64,000 nucleotides of DNA from a virus: the IMG/VR virus record IMGVR_UViG_3300027736_000029, positions 1 through 64,000 of that record. One strand, 5' to 3'. The translations under genes and the position numbers were made by a program. The notes beneath the pieces were generated by a model. That model saw only the letters and a list, made by a program, of their open reading frames with translations, searched no databases and was not told the origin of the DNA. Of this stretch, positions 1 to 9,816 are shown one piece after another (the stretch's first letter is position 1; each line of letters starts with the position of its first letter).

Positions 1-329
1 TGTATACCACTAAGTAATTCAGAGATGGCTCTTTTAATGGGTAATGTATCTTCGACACTATCAACACCCCTAACATACATGGATAAGTATGGGACCCAAT
101 AAGGTTCACCACGTCTGAGGTATTTGTCCACTGTCTTGTCCATCTTAAGTCCATACTGTTGAGACAACTCATAGGGATTAATATCCACATCTAAGAAGAT
201 GAACGATTGATACTTCTCAATAGAGGCGGGGTCTTTAACATAGACATTCTTAATGAAAGGGAACTCTCTCATCAGGGCTCTCTTGGTCACCTTAAATTCA
301 TAGTTGTCGTATAGTTCTTCTAATGTCAT
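1..329 (-). CDS. hypothetical protein, partial (runs off window; MTLEELYDNYEFKVTKRALMREFPFIKNV...)
   Basis: Manually translated open frame from ATG at 329; TATTTATA motif upstream; not in ORF track. Confidence 0.75.
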   Translation of the reverse strand, partial: MTLEELYDNYEFKVTKRALMREFPFIKNVYVKDPASIEKYQSFIFLDVDINPYELSQQYGLKMDKTVDKYLRRGEPYWVPYLSMYVRGVDSVEDTLPIKRAISELLSGI

Positions 330-391
330 GGTCGATTAAATATATTATATAAATATTCGGTTCTATGTTTGGGGATGTTAAATATAATCCT

Positions 392-484
392 TACCTTTGT
401 ATTGTCTGAAAGATGGAGTAGGAAGGGCTAGGTGGAACATACCTTGGAGCTTAATCAGAGGCAGCTCGTCCTATATTTTTTTAA
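392..484 (+). ncRNA. candidate small structured RNA behind a Bacteroidota-type promoter
   Basis: TTTG (368-371) and TACCTTTG (392-399); no ORF follows; stems TAGGA/TCCTA, AGGT/ACCT, GAGCT/AGCTC, then a T-run. Confidence 0.3.
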
Positions 485-498
485 TAAGGAGGTTGGGG

Positions 499-741
499 TT
501 AATTCCCCGCCATCTTAATTAGGTCCTGACATTCCCTGACCATATCTTTGGGGGTATACTCCTCATGGAATATACTGTCATCTTCTATCTTGGCATCTAC
601 ACATGCCCATGACCCCATACTTAGGGGTTTATTAGTGAAACCCTTTTTAGCTCTCTCGAAATAAAGAACCCCCACCTCTTTGTGGTTTTCTGTAATGGTC
701 ACTCTAATCCTGTCGTCTATGTCTGTCAGTTCATACTTCAT
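499..741 (-). CDS. hypothetical protein
   Basis: ORF track; start likely MKYELTD (741) or 768. Confidence 0.65.
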   Translation of the reverse strand: MKYELTDIDDRIRVTITENHKEVGVLYFERAKKGFTNKPLSMGSWACVDAKIEDDSIFHEEYTPKDMVRECQDLIKMAGN

Positions 742-777
742 GGGGGTAATATAAGTTGGGGTACACATAAAATAAAG

Positions 778-1450
778 ATATCCACAAAATAAGTTTTCCA
801 CATGACACTATGTCAGGGGGTAAAAAAGATTGGGGATGTGGATAACTTTAGGGGTAAAAATTTGGATTTGTCAAAATGTCAGGGGACTCGTCAGGATGGG
901 GATAATCCCCTGACCCACTTTTGGTTCCCCACCTGTATACTATTCTCCCCCACTTTCTACCACCATTTCCTTTATTACGATAGTATTAAGACCATTTTAT
1001 TCCCCCTGACGATAGTGTGAGGACCACTTTTTTACTATATACGATTTCCAGATAAAAAAGGAGTAGTAAGTGTATGAGGCGGGGAAACGAGTTTACGAGT
1101 GTTAGAAGACCACTTTTACCCCTTCAACGAGGGAACCGACTTGTTATTAAACCCCCTCGTTAGGTGGACAATCTATGTCCCTTCGTAGTGGAGACAACTC
1201 GTAGTGGAGGAAAGTGGGAGAATAATGGACTCTATAATTATAGACCGTAGGTCTTATCTTACGAGTCCATCCCTGACCCACACTCTATGGATTATATCTT
1301 ATTACATATAATTCTTACCGAAGGTCTTATCTTATATGTAATCTCATATAATCCACTACATCACATCTCACCTGTCTCTTCGTTTAGGTGGGGACGACTT
1401 ATTCTTGGGCGGGGGAGTTTTAAAGTGGTGGGATTTGACCACTTTATTCT
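778..1450. repeat. non-coding, repeat-rich region with DnaA-box-like 9-mers (candidate origin or terminal region)
   Basis: TGTGGATAA at 837-845 (reverse complement TTATCCACA); 1-mismatch boxes at 778-786 and 794-802; recurring CCCTGAC/GTCAGGG and CCACTTT/AAAGTGG motifs. Confidence 0.5.
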
Positions 1451-1454
1451 GTAT

Positions 1455-3095
1455 TTACCATAATGATTTATATGTGCTTACAAAAGTTTCCCATTCATTA
1501 TTTCTTGATATTGCCGAATGTAGTATGGGACCAAACCTACTAAATTTTTTATCATTTCGTAATGTATTCATTATATTTGGAAACTCATAACCTAATTCTT
1601 TATAGTATTTAATTATTTTTTTTACTGTGTTGTCATAATTCTCGTCTCCACACCATACTAAATCTCTATCGTTTGGTGCGGAATTGTTAGGGTATAAATC
1701 TTTTACCAAATAGAAATAAGAGCCTTCTTCTATCTCATTTCTTTTTAAGTTGTTTAACCCACCAAACATTCGTGATGCCATAACAGGAATATCGTTTCTT
1801 TTTACTTCGCTAAAATATTTTTGAGTTGGAATATAACCATACTCGTCAATAATATCTTTAATTTTGGAAATAAAATAATCTTGGTCTTTATATGAACGTC
1901 TAAAGGCTGTTACGGTATAGTTAAATTGATATTGGTTGTTAAGGTATTCTTTTAATTTCAAAATTGACCCGTCAAAAAACTTATTAATATACGATAAAAT
2001 AACATTACCTTCATAAGATTTTCTCATTTCTTGCTCTGTTATTTTTTTATCCCATCCTTGTTGATTGATAATTTTAATTATGTGTTTGATAGAAGTCTCA
2101 AAAGTAGAAACGTTTCCTTTAATAATACTTAATAATTCATTATGAGACATTTCAGGAATATTATAGTTATTTGATATTAAAAAATTACGTATCTCATTGT
2201 ATAAATACGTCATTCCTTTGTTACCACAAATTTTATCAAATGTTTGAAATAAACCAAAGTTGGATTCTAAGTATAATTTAACTTTTGTTTTATTGTTTCT
2301 ATTTAGTTCACCCCAATGTTCCCAATGGGTATTAATTTCAGTAAAATATCCATCAGAGTAATATTTGTCAAAAACTTTAGGTGAATATTCAAAAGGTATT
2401 TTCCAATGAGTTATTAAACAATATCCCACAAACTCATAAAATCCTCTAAAAATATGGTTATCTTTCACATAAACACCTTTGGATGGGTTTGGTAATTTCA
2501 AATCATTTAATAACTGATAATAAACCTCAGATGGGTTATTTATATTTTTAAACCAAGCGTTAAATAATTTAGAATCCCATTCCTTTAAAGAACTAACTGT
2601 AAAAGTACATCCCGTTTCTTTAAACAATTTAAACACCAAATCAGACATTGAACTTATCAATTGTTCTTCAGTCCAATAATTTTGGAAGTGTTGCCCTTTA
2701 CACATTCTACACCCTGAATGTCTATCCACAATACGTCTAAAGTCAGTCTTATTCCATTCTGTTGGGTGTATTTTACACTTATATTGAATACTTTTTTCTC
2801 TAGCAGTAACTCTACCAATAATTTGATATTCTATGTTAGGGTTAAAATAATTTAATATTTCTGTAAATCTATTTTCCCACTCTTTGTTTGGAAATGTATA
2901 AATATATCTGATGATTTGCCCTGCGGTATATTCTTTACAATTATCTTTGGTTAAATGTTCAATAACATTTGGATTATTAAGTACAACTTTACAATGATTA
3001 CATACTGAATTATTTTTGTTTCCAAGATAAAACCCCCCTCTTGTTTTGTAGGTAATAATAGTATTACAACATGGACAGTTTCTAACGTAATTCAT
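1455..3095 (-). CDS. homing-endonuclease-like protein (Zn-ribbon motifs + PD-(D/E)XK-like nuclease)
   Basis: CPCC/CNHC and CKIH...GCRMC motifs; E...YSDGY...WEHWG pattern; TATATTTG 4 nt before ATG at 3095. Confidence 0.55.
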   Translation of the reverse strand: MNYVRNCPCCNTIITYKTRGGFYLGNKNNSVCNHCKVVLNNPNVIEHLTKDNCKEYTAGQIIRYIYTFPNKEWENRFTEILNYFNPNIEYQIIGRVTAREKSIQYKCKIHPTEWNKTDFRRIVDRHSGCRMCKGQHFQNYWTEEQLISSMSDLVFKLFKETGCTFTVSSLKEWDSKLFNAWFKNINNPSEVYYQLLNDLKLPNPSKGVYVKDNHIFRGFYEFVGYCLITHWKIPFEYSPKVFDKYYSDGYFTEINTHWEHWGELNRNNKTKVKLYLESNFGLFQTFDKICGNKGMTYLYNEIRNFLISNNYNIPEMSHNELLSIIKGNVSTFETSIKHIIKIINQQGWDKKITEQEMRKSYEGNVILSYINKFFDGSILKLKEYLNNQYQFNYTVTAFRRSYKDQDYFISKIKDIIDEYGYIPTQKYFSEVKRNDIPVMASRMFGGLNNLKRNEIEEGSYFYLVKDLYPNNSAPNDRDLVWCGDENYDNTVKKIIKYYKELGYEFPNIMNTLRNDKKFSRFGPILHSAISRNNEWETFVSTYKSLW

Positions 3096-3108
3096 AATAC
3101 AAATATAC

Positions 3109-3139
3109 AAAAAACCCCCCACATTACATGGAGGGTTTT
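3109..3139. terminator. intrinsic terminator (CCCCCAC...GAGGG family)
   Basis: GC stem flanked by A/T runs; related copies at 6741, 15035 and 31796. Confidence 0.6.
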
Positions 3140-3264
3140 AGTTATTTTTTTAGTTTCTTTTGGATTGCCTGTTCTAAAGTCATTCCGTGTTTTGATTTTT
3201 CCATACTACAATATTAAAGGATAACCTCATCAAATAAATATAAACTAAGTTTTTAAATATTTTT

Positions 3265-3435
3265 TTATTTACCTTCTTCTATAAGGTCGTAGTAATCATA
3301 CAGGTGTCGAATGTTTCCATCTCCACACAAGTAATTCCATATTGCTATGTCAGATTCTTTAAGTTGTTGTTGTTCAGGAGAAACAGGTTCATTTGGTTTC
3401 TGATAGTGTTCGAGTACTTCGTCTAATGTCGTCAT
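3265..3435 (-). CDS. small hypothetical protein, 56 aa (MTTLDEVLEHYQKP...)
   Basis: Manual translation; below ORF-track cutoff. Confidence 0.6.
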   Translation of the reverse strand: MTTLDEVLEHYQKPNEPVSPEQQQLKESDIAIWNYLCGDGNIRHLYDYYDLIEEGK

Positions 3436-3606
3436 AGTTTAGTTTATATCTTAATACAAAGTAACAAATAATATTTAACAATACCAAACTTTTTTATCGT
3501 AATGTAGATTACCGTAATGCCGGTTACGATAAATAATACAATACATGAGTGAACGAAAAAGGAGACCCTTTAGGAGTCTCCCTTTGTAGTGAGTGAATGA
3601 ATTGGA

Positions 3607-4041
3607 TTATTTAATGTCATATATAACTTTTACTCCTATATCTTCACATAGACTTGTAATATGTTCCATCTTCATTTGTGTGGATGAGTGAGTAGATACA
3701 AATCCCCCACATTTAAGTTTAACAATGTTTACCTTCCTTAATGTGTTTTCACTGAAGTCAGACTCATGTTTCTGAACAAAGGTCCTTAAATTACGTTTAA
3801 ACACATCATACTTGTATTTGTGAGAAACATCTACTAAGAACTTAGAATAGTTGTCTGTAAAAACATTACTTTTGTAACTCTTCCCTAATGCGTCAAAATG
3901 ACATACAGTCTTTGTTGCTTTTCGATTTTGTTTTGGTTTAATAACTCTTGGTTCATCATCCATCTTCTCTGTAAAGAAGTTGATAATCATTTCATTAAAC
4001 TCGTCTTGGTTGTCTATGATAATTTGTTTTATATTCTTCAT
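3607..4041 (-). CDS. hypothetical protein
   Basis: 144-aa ORF followed by terminator hairpin ~3556-3585. Confidence 0.75.
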   Translation of the reverse strand: MKNIKQIIIDNQDEFNEMIINFFTEKMDDEPRVIKPKQNRKATKTVCHFDALGKSYKSNVFTDNYSKFLVDVSHKYKYDVFKRNLRTFVQKHESDFSENTLRKVNIVKLKCGGFVSTHSSTQMKMEHITSLCEDIGVKVIYDIK

Positions 4042-4126
4042 GGTTAAATTATAGAAAATATAAATTCCCCAGTCAATCCCTAGTGTAAAAAAATGTAGAT
4101 TATTTCTGTTGTTGTGTGGCCATTAT

Positions 4127-4513
4127 TTAACCCCACACATCTGTATCAGTTATCTCTTCATGTAATAATGAATACCATATGTTCTGTAATTGATGAACGT
4201 ATAGTATATCAAATGAGATTGGGTATTTCTTTCCATCATCACTTGAATCACCACTATCTGTATACTCTTGGTAGAAGGCCCAATTCTTGGCCCAATCCCT
4301 GTATTTAAAACAATACTTATAATCAAATTTTCCTCTACACCAATATTCCCCATCTTTATGGAATTCAAACTTTATAAACCATTCATCTGTTAATGGTATT
4401 GGTTCTTTAAACTCACGATACATATCAATGTCATTACCACACTTAATAGTATCTTCACCAAATTCCGTTGATGCAAATTCTGACCACTTAAAATAGTTAC
4501 CAATTCTTTCCAT
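4127..4513 (-). CDS. hypothetical phage protein
   Basis: PIPLTDEW and YVHQLQN motifs, typical of a Bacteroidota phage family. Confidence 0.75.
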   Translation of the reverse strand: MERIGNYFKWSEFASTEFGEDTIKCGNDIDMYREFKEPIPLTDEWFIKFEFHKDGEYWCRGKFDYKYCFKYRDWAKNWAFYQEYTDSGDSSDDGKKYPISFDILYVHQLQNIWYSLLHEEITDTDVWG

Positions 4514-4591
4514 ATGTCAAACATACAATTTATTTGTAGTATAATCAACAGGAAGTTGAATGTTATAAATTTTATGTATATCTTTATTCAT

Positions 4592-4930
4592 ATGGAAACC
4601 GAAACTAAAATGTTGGATAAATACATGAAGAAGATGTTCCCGTTTATTATCAACGTATCGGATGTTGAACTTGTTAAAACTCGTAGACAATACAAAGATA
4701 AGGATTCTAAGGTCAAGTTACATATTTCCATATATGTTTCTCCATCACATTTCTGTGAACTCATGGACAATAGAGTTGAGATTAAAATGAATCAGTATAT
4801 GTTGAGGGAAACCTCATCCATGATTAAATCTATTATCCCTGATGTTGATGAGAATAAAATTAAATTCTTGTTCTTCCCCGACATTGATTCCGTTACCATC
4901 TTTGATGACTTAACAATCCCCATAAATTAA
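4592..4930 (+). CDS. hypothetical protein (FPFI-xNV paralog group)
   Basis: ORF track; start refined to METETK. Confidence 0.7.
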   Translation: METETKMLDKYMKKMFPFIINVSDVELVKTRRQYKDKDSKVKLHISIYVSPSHFCELMDNRVEIKMNQYMLRETSSMIKSIIPDVDENKIKFLFFPDIDSVTIFDDLTIPIN

Positions 4931-4942
4931 ATTGTAGGTTTA

Positions 4943-5467
4943 CTACCTTCTATTTAAGTATTCGTCAATTTGTTGTTGTACTTCAGGGTTATCACCTGTG
5001 TAAATAATATCAATAAGATAACGATGTAATGGATATATTTCATTGGTCATCACACGTTCCTCTAATTCATCATTCTTACTGTGATGTTCGTAGTCAGGTT
5101 CAATCCCTGCGTAGTTAAACGATTCAACTTTATACTTTGTTCTTAATTTATTTCTATCTGCAACAAACGTCATGTTTGAATCTTCCAATGGTGACTCCAA
5201 TCCTATACCTATTGTATGACCTGGGTCCCAATTTTTATCTCTTGTAAAAGATATTGCGTTTTGATGTTTTGTTCGGGCTAATCGTTTGTCGTATGATAAG
5301 TAATCTCCTGATGGTAATGAACCAGCTCTTAATGCGTCACTGTTGATTATATCTAATCCCCTACTTGTTGATGTCTTATGATATAATGGAATACCTATAA
5401 TGTCATCAAACACTTCGTTCAATCCCATTACTTCTTTAATCCTATTTATGTCCTCGTGTAAGTTCAT
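4943..5467 (-). CDS. putative ADP-ribosyltransferase-fold protein with N-terminal leader
   Basis: LYHKT...ISFTR...EER motif order; leader MNLHEDINRIKEVMGLNE; TATTTAT upstream. Confidence 0.45.
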   Translation of the reverse strand: MNLHEDINRIKEVMGLNEVFDDIIGIPLYHKTSTSRGLDIINSDALRAGSLPSGDYLSYDKRLARTKHQNAISFTRDKNWDPGHTIGIGLESPLEDSNMTFVADRNKLRTKYKVESFNYAGIEPDYEHHSKNDELEERVMTNEIYPLHRYLIDIIYTGDNPEVQQQIDEYLNRR

Positions 5468-5528
5468 TAATAATAAATACTTTAATCTTTTGTAATTAAT
5501 TCAGATATTTGTGTATCTTTGCCTCATT

Positions 5529-6038
5529 ATGACGAAGGAGGAATTTACAATACAGAAGCTTGTTGAGATGCGTAACGATATTAACAATCGTATTGAAAAC
5601 TATAGGGACGGTTATTTTTATATCTGTGAGATTCGTTCCTATGGTCGTAATTGGTCGGATGGGAATATCTTTAACACTTATACTCTTCAGGAGTTGTGTG
5701 ACGAATATAATGGTGATGATGGAATCGTTGATGTGTATTCTAACAACCCCGACCTTAAGATTGATAACTATGGTAATGTTATGTTTGTTCCCACTGAAGA
5801 AGACCTTCAGAATTGGAAGGCTCACACTTATCTTATTAACCAAGTTTCTCGTGTTGAGGAAGAATTGGATAAATGGGATAACCGTGATGATGTACCGTTT
5901 AAGCATAGACCTATGTTTACTCCCGTGTATACTCGTGAAGACCTTGAGGATATGAAGTCCAAACTTGCAAATTTTGATATGTCATTATTTGTTGCTCCTG
6001 TTTGTGTTAAACAACAGTATATTGATAACGAACAATAA
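5529..6038 (+). CDS. hypothetical protein
   Basis: ORF track; TATCTTTG just upstream of MTKEEF. Confidence 0.75.
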   Translation: MTKEEFTIQKLVEMRNDINNRIENYRDGYFYICEIRSYGRNWSDGNIFNTYTLQELCDEYNGDDGIVDVYSNNPDLKIDNYGNVMFVPTEEDLQNWKAHTYLINQVSRVEEELDKWDNRDDVPFKHRPMFTPVYTREDLEDMKSKLANFDMSLFVAPVCVKQQYIDNEQ

Positions 6039-6096
6039 ATCTGTCGTTGTGTGGCCGGCTTAAAATCCCCAGCCCCTTTTTATTGTATTTATAGTT

Positions 6097-6399
6097 ATGG
6101 AAGTATCTAACAAAATAATTAAGAAAGTATTAGAACACTTGGTTTCACCTAAGTGGGATGGTATTGTGGAATATCTGATTGAACCTTCCACACACGATGA
6201 TACAGGTGTTGTACACTACATAATAGATGTTATATTTGATATTACTGGGTATTGGGCAACATATCACGCAGGTGACTATGATTATTCAGACCAAATGGAT
6301 GAAGAGATTTCAGATGATGTTAGAAATGCTGTGAAGTATTTGGGTATCAACAAAACATTTGTAACATTATATGTTAGGGATGAAGATGGAAATAATTAA
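6097..6399 (+). CDS. hypothetical acidic protein
   Basis: ORF track; TATTTAT at 6086-6092, 4 nt before ATG. Confidence 0.75.
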   Translation: MEVSNKIIKKVLEHLVSPKWDGIVEYLIEPSTHDDTGVVHYIIDVIFDITGYWATYHAGDYDYSDQMDEEISDDVRNAVKYLGINKTFVTLYVRDEDGNN

Positions 6400-6448
6400 A
6401 CAGAATTAATTATTCCTAACCCCAACCTATTTTTTATTTCTTGTAGTA

Positions 6449-6727
6449 TTACACAGATTTAAGAACCACTTCCAACATCTGAATCTTTTCTCGGTCTGCC
6501 TTGGTCTTGCTTTCTTTATTCTTAAGGAACTGAATGGCATCCAAAATTTCTTTTCTTTTGTTGTTTGGTTGTGCGGTAAAGTTTTTAACCTCACCTGTCA
6601 TCACAACAACCTTGTTATCCTTTGTTATTGTGGTGGTTTGGTCGTAGAGGATATCAATAATCATTTGAGCTTTTCTTTCATTTCTGACAATAGCAAGTAT
6701 GATTATTTGTTTGAGTAGTTTTTTCAT
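6449..6727 (-). CDS. hypothetical protein
   Basis: ORF track; TATCTTTG-TGAT-ATG start. Confidence 0.7.
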   Translation of the reverse strand: MKKLLKQIIILAIVRNERKAQMIIDILYDQTTTITKDNKVVVMTGEVKNFTAQPNNKRKEILDAIQFLKNKESKTKADREKIQMLEVVLKSV

Positions 6728-6740
6728 ATCACAAAGATAC

Positions 6741-6775
6741 AAAAAAACCCCCACTTATGTGAGGGTTTCTTTTTT
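6741..6775 (-). terminator. intrinsic terminator
   Basis: AAACCCCCACTTATGTGAGGGTTT hairpin after the 46-aa ORF. Confidence 0.65.
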
Positions 6776-6914
6776 AACCTTGACCACGATTTAATTTCTT
6801 GTAGTTCTTGGCGGTCTTTGTCTTTGACGTTTTTGTTTTTGAGTGAACGCCAGGTCGGCGAGTTTTTGAGCCAACCATTTTGGTTGAGCTTGAGGTTGTT
6901 TTTGCTTTTGCCAT
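6774..6914 (-). CDS. small basic protein, 46 aa (MAKAKTTSSSTKMVGSKTRRPGVHSKTKTSKTKTAKNYKKLNRGQG)
   Basis: Manual translation; own TATCTTTG promoter and terminator. Confidence 0.75.
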   Translation of the reverse strand: MAKAKTTSSSTKMVGSKTRRPGVHSKTKTSKTKTAKNYKKLNRGQG

Positions 6915-7003
6915 TATCTTTGTATGTTAAAGTGTTAGTGGAACAAAGATATATATAATTTTTTACTATACAAACAAATTGAATGAAAAATTATTTAAAC
7001 TTT

Positions 7004-8752
7004 CTAATAAAAAGTCTTCACATTCATGTATTTTGATAAATCGTATTTGTCAATTATCTGTTTGAAGATTTGTCGTCTATATCCTACACCTAATATGTTT
7101 TTTTTATTAATAAAACTATAACCAAATCCTGAATCACCACTTGTTCCAACAACTTTATAATAGTTTTGATTATGAAGAGTTGTTGGGTATAATGTGGCAG
7201 TGAACAAATATCTATGACCAACCTTGGGACCATATCCAAATTTACCTAATTCTTTTTCATTACGACCCGCCCATTTTATATCTTTTAGTCCAAGTTCATC
7301 AACTAACGCCTTATGTAAATATAAATTCATTCTATCTAAAGACATATAAGCAAGTGGAGTAGTTGTGTCTTCACTGAACTTAATTATGTCTCCGTCATAA
7401 GCAATTTTAATTATATTTTCAATACCCATTACTTTAACCATTGTTTCAAATTGGTTAGGGTCTTTTATTAATTGTCTGATGTTTTCAATTTTGGATTGTT
7501 TGTCTTCATTAACAAATTTAAAATCAATTTCTATTGGTCGTTTCCCGTGTTTCTTTTCCGTCAGTTTCCTGTGGAGTTCCCAATCAATAATTGACTCTGT
7601 CACTTCAGTATCATCCTTCGCCATGGCATATAGTTTACTTATTTTTCTCATTGCTTGGTTTGAAACTTTATGGAATCTGTCAATTTCACTCTTAAAGAAT
7701 TGTATTGGATTGTCTCTATATTTTAAGACGTAGTTTTGGAATTTTAATGCAATCTTTTCAATCTTAACATCATCATCGTTATTATCAACAGGTGCTCCCA
7801 TTGCTCTAAGAAATTGTGTAAACGTATTTTCACTACGACTAACATAATTTTCAAATTCATTTAATTTCATATTGGAGATATTAACATAAATAATGTTTAA
7901 AAACCTTTCTACTTTATCTATATCCGACATTCCTTCAGTGTCCACACCAATACTATCAAAGATAGTATCAACGATTTCAAGATTATTATAAATCCCTTTG
8001 ATTAATTTTTCAAAAGTAAAGTTTTTAATATCTACCAAGGTTTTAAAGGTTATATTATTTTGTAAGAATTCTCTAAATTGGGACTTACTGATACCTTTAC
8101 TTCTCATGTTGGAAGCAACTTCTGTGGTTCTAACTAAATCCTCAGCACCATCGGTAAAATATATATAACGAACAAATTCATCATCAACCTCAGGGACATA
8201 AAATGATGGTAATTTATCTATTGCAGCGTATTCAGCATCCTTGCCAATTAAACCAATTGGTTTAACCTGTTTATCGTATTTGTGTTTTAATTCGTGCGCC
8301 AAAGAACCAATACTATGGTCTTTATCTCTAATAAATTCTTTATATAAATCTTGTGGTTCCCATTCAGGTGATACATAATAAACAATACTAAAGCCAGCAC
8401 TTGCCGATAGTGCAGTTCTTTTCATCATAATGTCACGGTCAAATCTAAATTGTTGCGACATACCCATTGAAGATATTTTTACGTTTCCATCAGAGGTAAG
8501 TTTTTTGTAAAAATCATCAACCTCTTGCACCTCAACCTCTAATGTGTATTCATCAAGCGTAATCTTTTTCTTGTCACCCAATACCACGTCAATATCATCT
8601 CTAAATTCATAAGATGATTCTTTATCTGTAATACTTTTTAAATTATCCGCAAATACTTCATATAATTCTTCAGCAGCATCTAAAATTGAATTAGGAACAC
8701 CTAACGCCTCATTAATTACCTCATGTTGTTCCTTGGTGACAATAATCTTCAT
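7004..8752 (-). CDS. large protein with IIVTKE/INE leader and HExxH (zincin-like) motif
   Basis: MKIIVTKEQHEVINEALG start; AHELKH motif. Confidence 0.6.
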   Translation of the reverse strand: MKIIVTKEQHEVINEALGVPNSILDAAEELYEVFADNLKSITDKESSYEFRDDIDVVLGDKKKITLDEYTLEVEVQEVDDFYKKLTSDGNVKISSMGMSQQFRFDRDIMMKRTALSASAGFSIVYYVSPEWEPQDLYKEFIRDKDHSIGSLAHELKHKYDKQVKPIGLIGKDAEYAAIDKLPSFYVPEVDDEFVRYIYFTDGAEDLVRTTEVASNMRSKGISKSQFREFLQNNITFKTLVDIKNFTFEKLIKGIYNNLEIVDTIFDSIGVDTEGMSDIDKVERFLNIIYVNISNMKLNEFENYVSRSENTFTQFLRAMGAPVDNNDDDVKIEKIALKFQNYVLKYRDNPIQFFKSEIDRFHKVSNQAMRKISKLYAMAKDDTEVTESIIDWELHRKLTEKKHGKRPIEIDFKFVNEDKQSKIENIRQLIKDPNQFETMVKVMGIENIIKIAYDGDIIKFSEDTTTPLAYMSLDRMNLYLHKALVDELGLKDIKWAGRNEKELGKFGYGPKVGHRYLFTATLYPTTLHNQNYYKVVGTSGDSGFGYSFINKKNILGVGYRRQIFKQIIDKYDLSKYMNVKTFY

Positions 8753-8765
8753 ACTATTAAATAGT

Positions 8766-9011
8766 TTAATCTTCCAAATCAAGATTAGCTTCGTTTAAAA
8801 TCTTTCTCATTTCTTCCCTGATTTTCACGCACACTTTGTATTCTTCATTAGATGCCTCATAATTTCCAAACAAACTAACATCGTTCCTTTCAACAGAACG
8901 TAAAACTTGGTCAAGGTCCCACATGGCAATTTTCCATTTTGACCCATCAAGTGCGTTTCTTGCTTCAATAGATTCCTCAATTGAATCAAATTCTAATATT
9001 ATCTTTCCCAT
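8766..9011 (-). CDS. hypothetical phage protein
   Basis: ORF track; TAACTTTG promoter upstream. Confidence 0.7.
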   Translation of the reverse strand: MGKIILEFDSIEESIEARNALDGSKWKIAMWDLDQVLRSVERNDVSLFGNYEASNEEYKVCVKIREEMRKILNEANLDLED

Positions 9012-9206
9012 AAGGTACAAAGTTAGGTATAAATTTTATAAAATACAAAAAATATTTTAATGTGTCATATAATACACAAAATGTTACAAATTTGTCCCTT
9101 ATAAGACACATTATCTTTTGAATTCTTTAAATGTTTCTCATTTAATCTCAGGATAATAAATACCTTCATATTCGTTTAATAATGAATCTTTATTATCTTT
9201 ATATGT

Positions 9207-9470
9207 ATGACAACAATAGAAAAACACATAGTAAAGTTTATTGAAGATAAGTTTAGTTTCCCTTATCTATATTATAATAAAGCAGAACAAACGTGGGCAA
9301 ATGAGTTCTTTCTGTTCGATATTAAAACATCAACCATGTATATTAGTGATGAGGTTAAATCAACTCTTAATAGAAAGTTTGGTAAAGATTTTATTGATAA
9401 GATTATGATTACAGTAGTGAACGCTTGGTTTAGTAAAGCATATAAACTTAAAATTCAAGAAATAGTATAA
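9207..9470 (+). CDS. hypothetical protein
   Basis: ORF track. Confidence 0.7.
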   Translation: MTTIEKHIVKFIEDKFSFPYLYYNKAEQTWANEFFLFDIKTSTMYISDEVKSTLNRKFGKDFIDKIMITVVNAWFSKAYKLKIQEIV

Positions 9471-9492
9471 TTAAGTTGTATTTATTGTTAAT

Positions 9493-9816
9493 ATGAATAT
9501 TATCCCACAAATAAAAACTGTAATTAAAAAATTAATCATGAGACAGTATCCCGAACTGACGGAATTTGAGGTTCGAGATTTATTTGCCGATGATAATATA
9601 GAATCTTGGTTAGGGAATAATTATGTTGTCGATTTTTATACTTCAGAGTGTTTATCAACAAAAAAACAAATGGAAATAGATACTGAGGTTAAAACTTTAT
9701 TTAAAATGTTATCTCCTGACAAATCAATAAACAAAGAACCTATAATATCTTGTTTCTTTGATTGTGGAGATGGTGAAGGATTTAATTTTAGTTCAGAATA
9801 TGGGTATAAACATTAA
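9493..9816 (+). CDS. hypothetical protein
   Basis: ORF track; TATTTAT upstream. Confidence 0.7.
   Translation: MNIIPQIKTVIKKLIMRQYPELTEFEVRDLFADDNIESWLGNNYVVDFYTSECLSTKKQMEIDTEVKTLFKMLSPDKSINKEPIISCFFDCGDGEGFNFSSEYGYKH

Noticed and set aside
404-480. Hammerhead ribozyme
   Set aside because: Core CUGAnGA and GAAA elements are not correctly present on either strand
802-1020. 72-aa plus-strand ORF
   Set aside because: Lies in the motif-rich non-coding region, is not protein-like and has no expression signals
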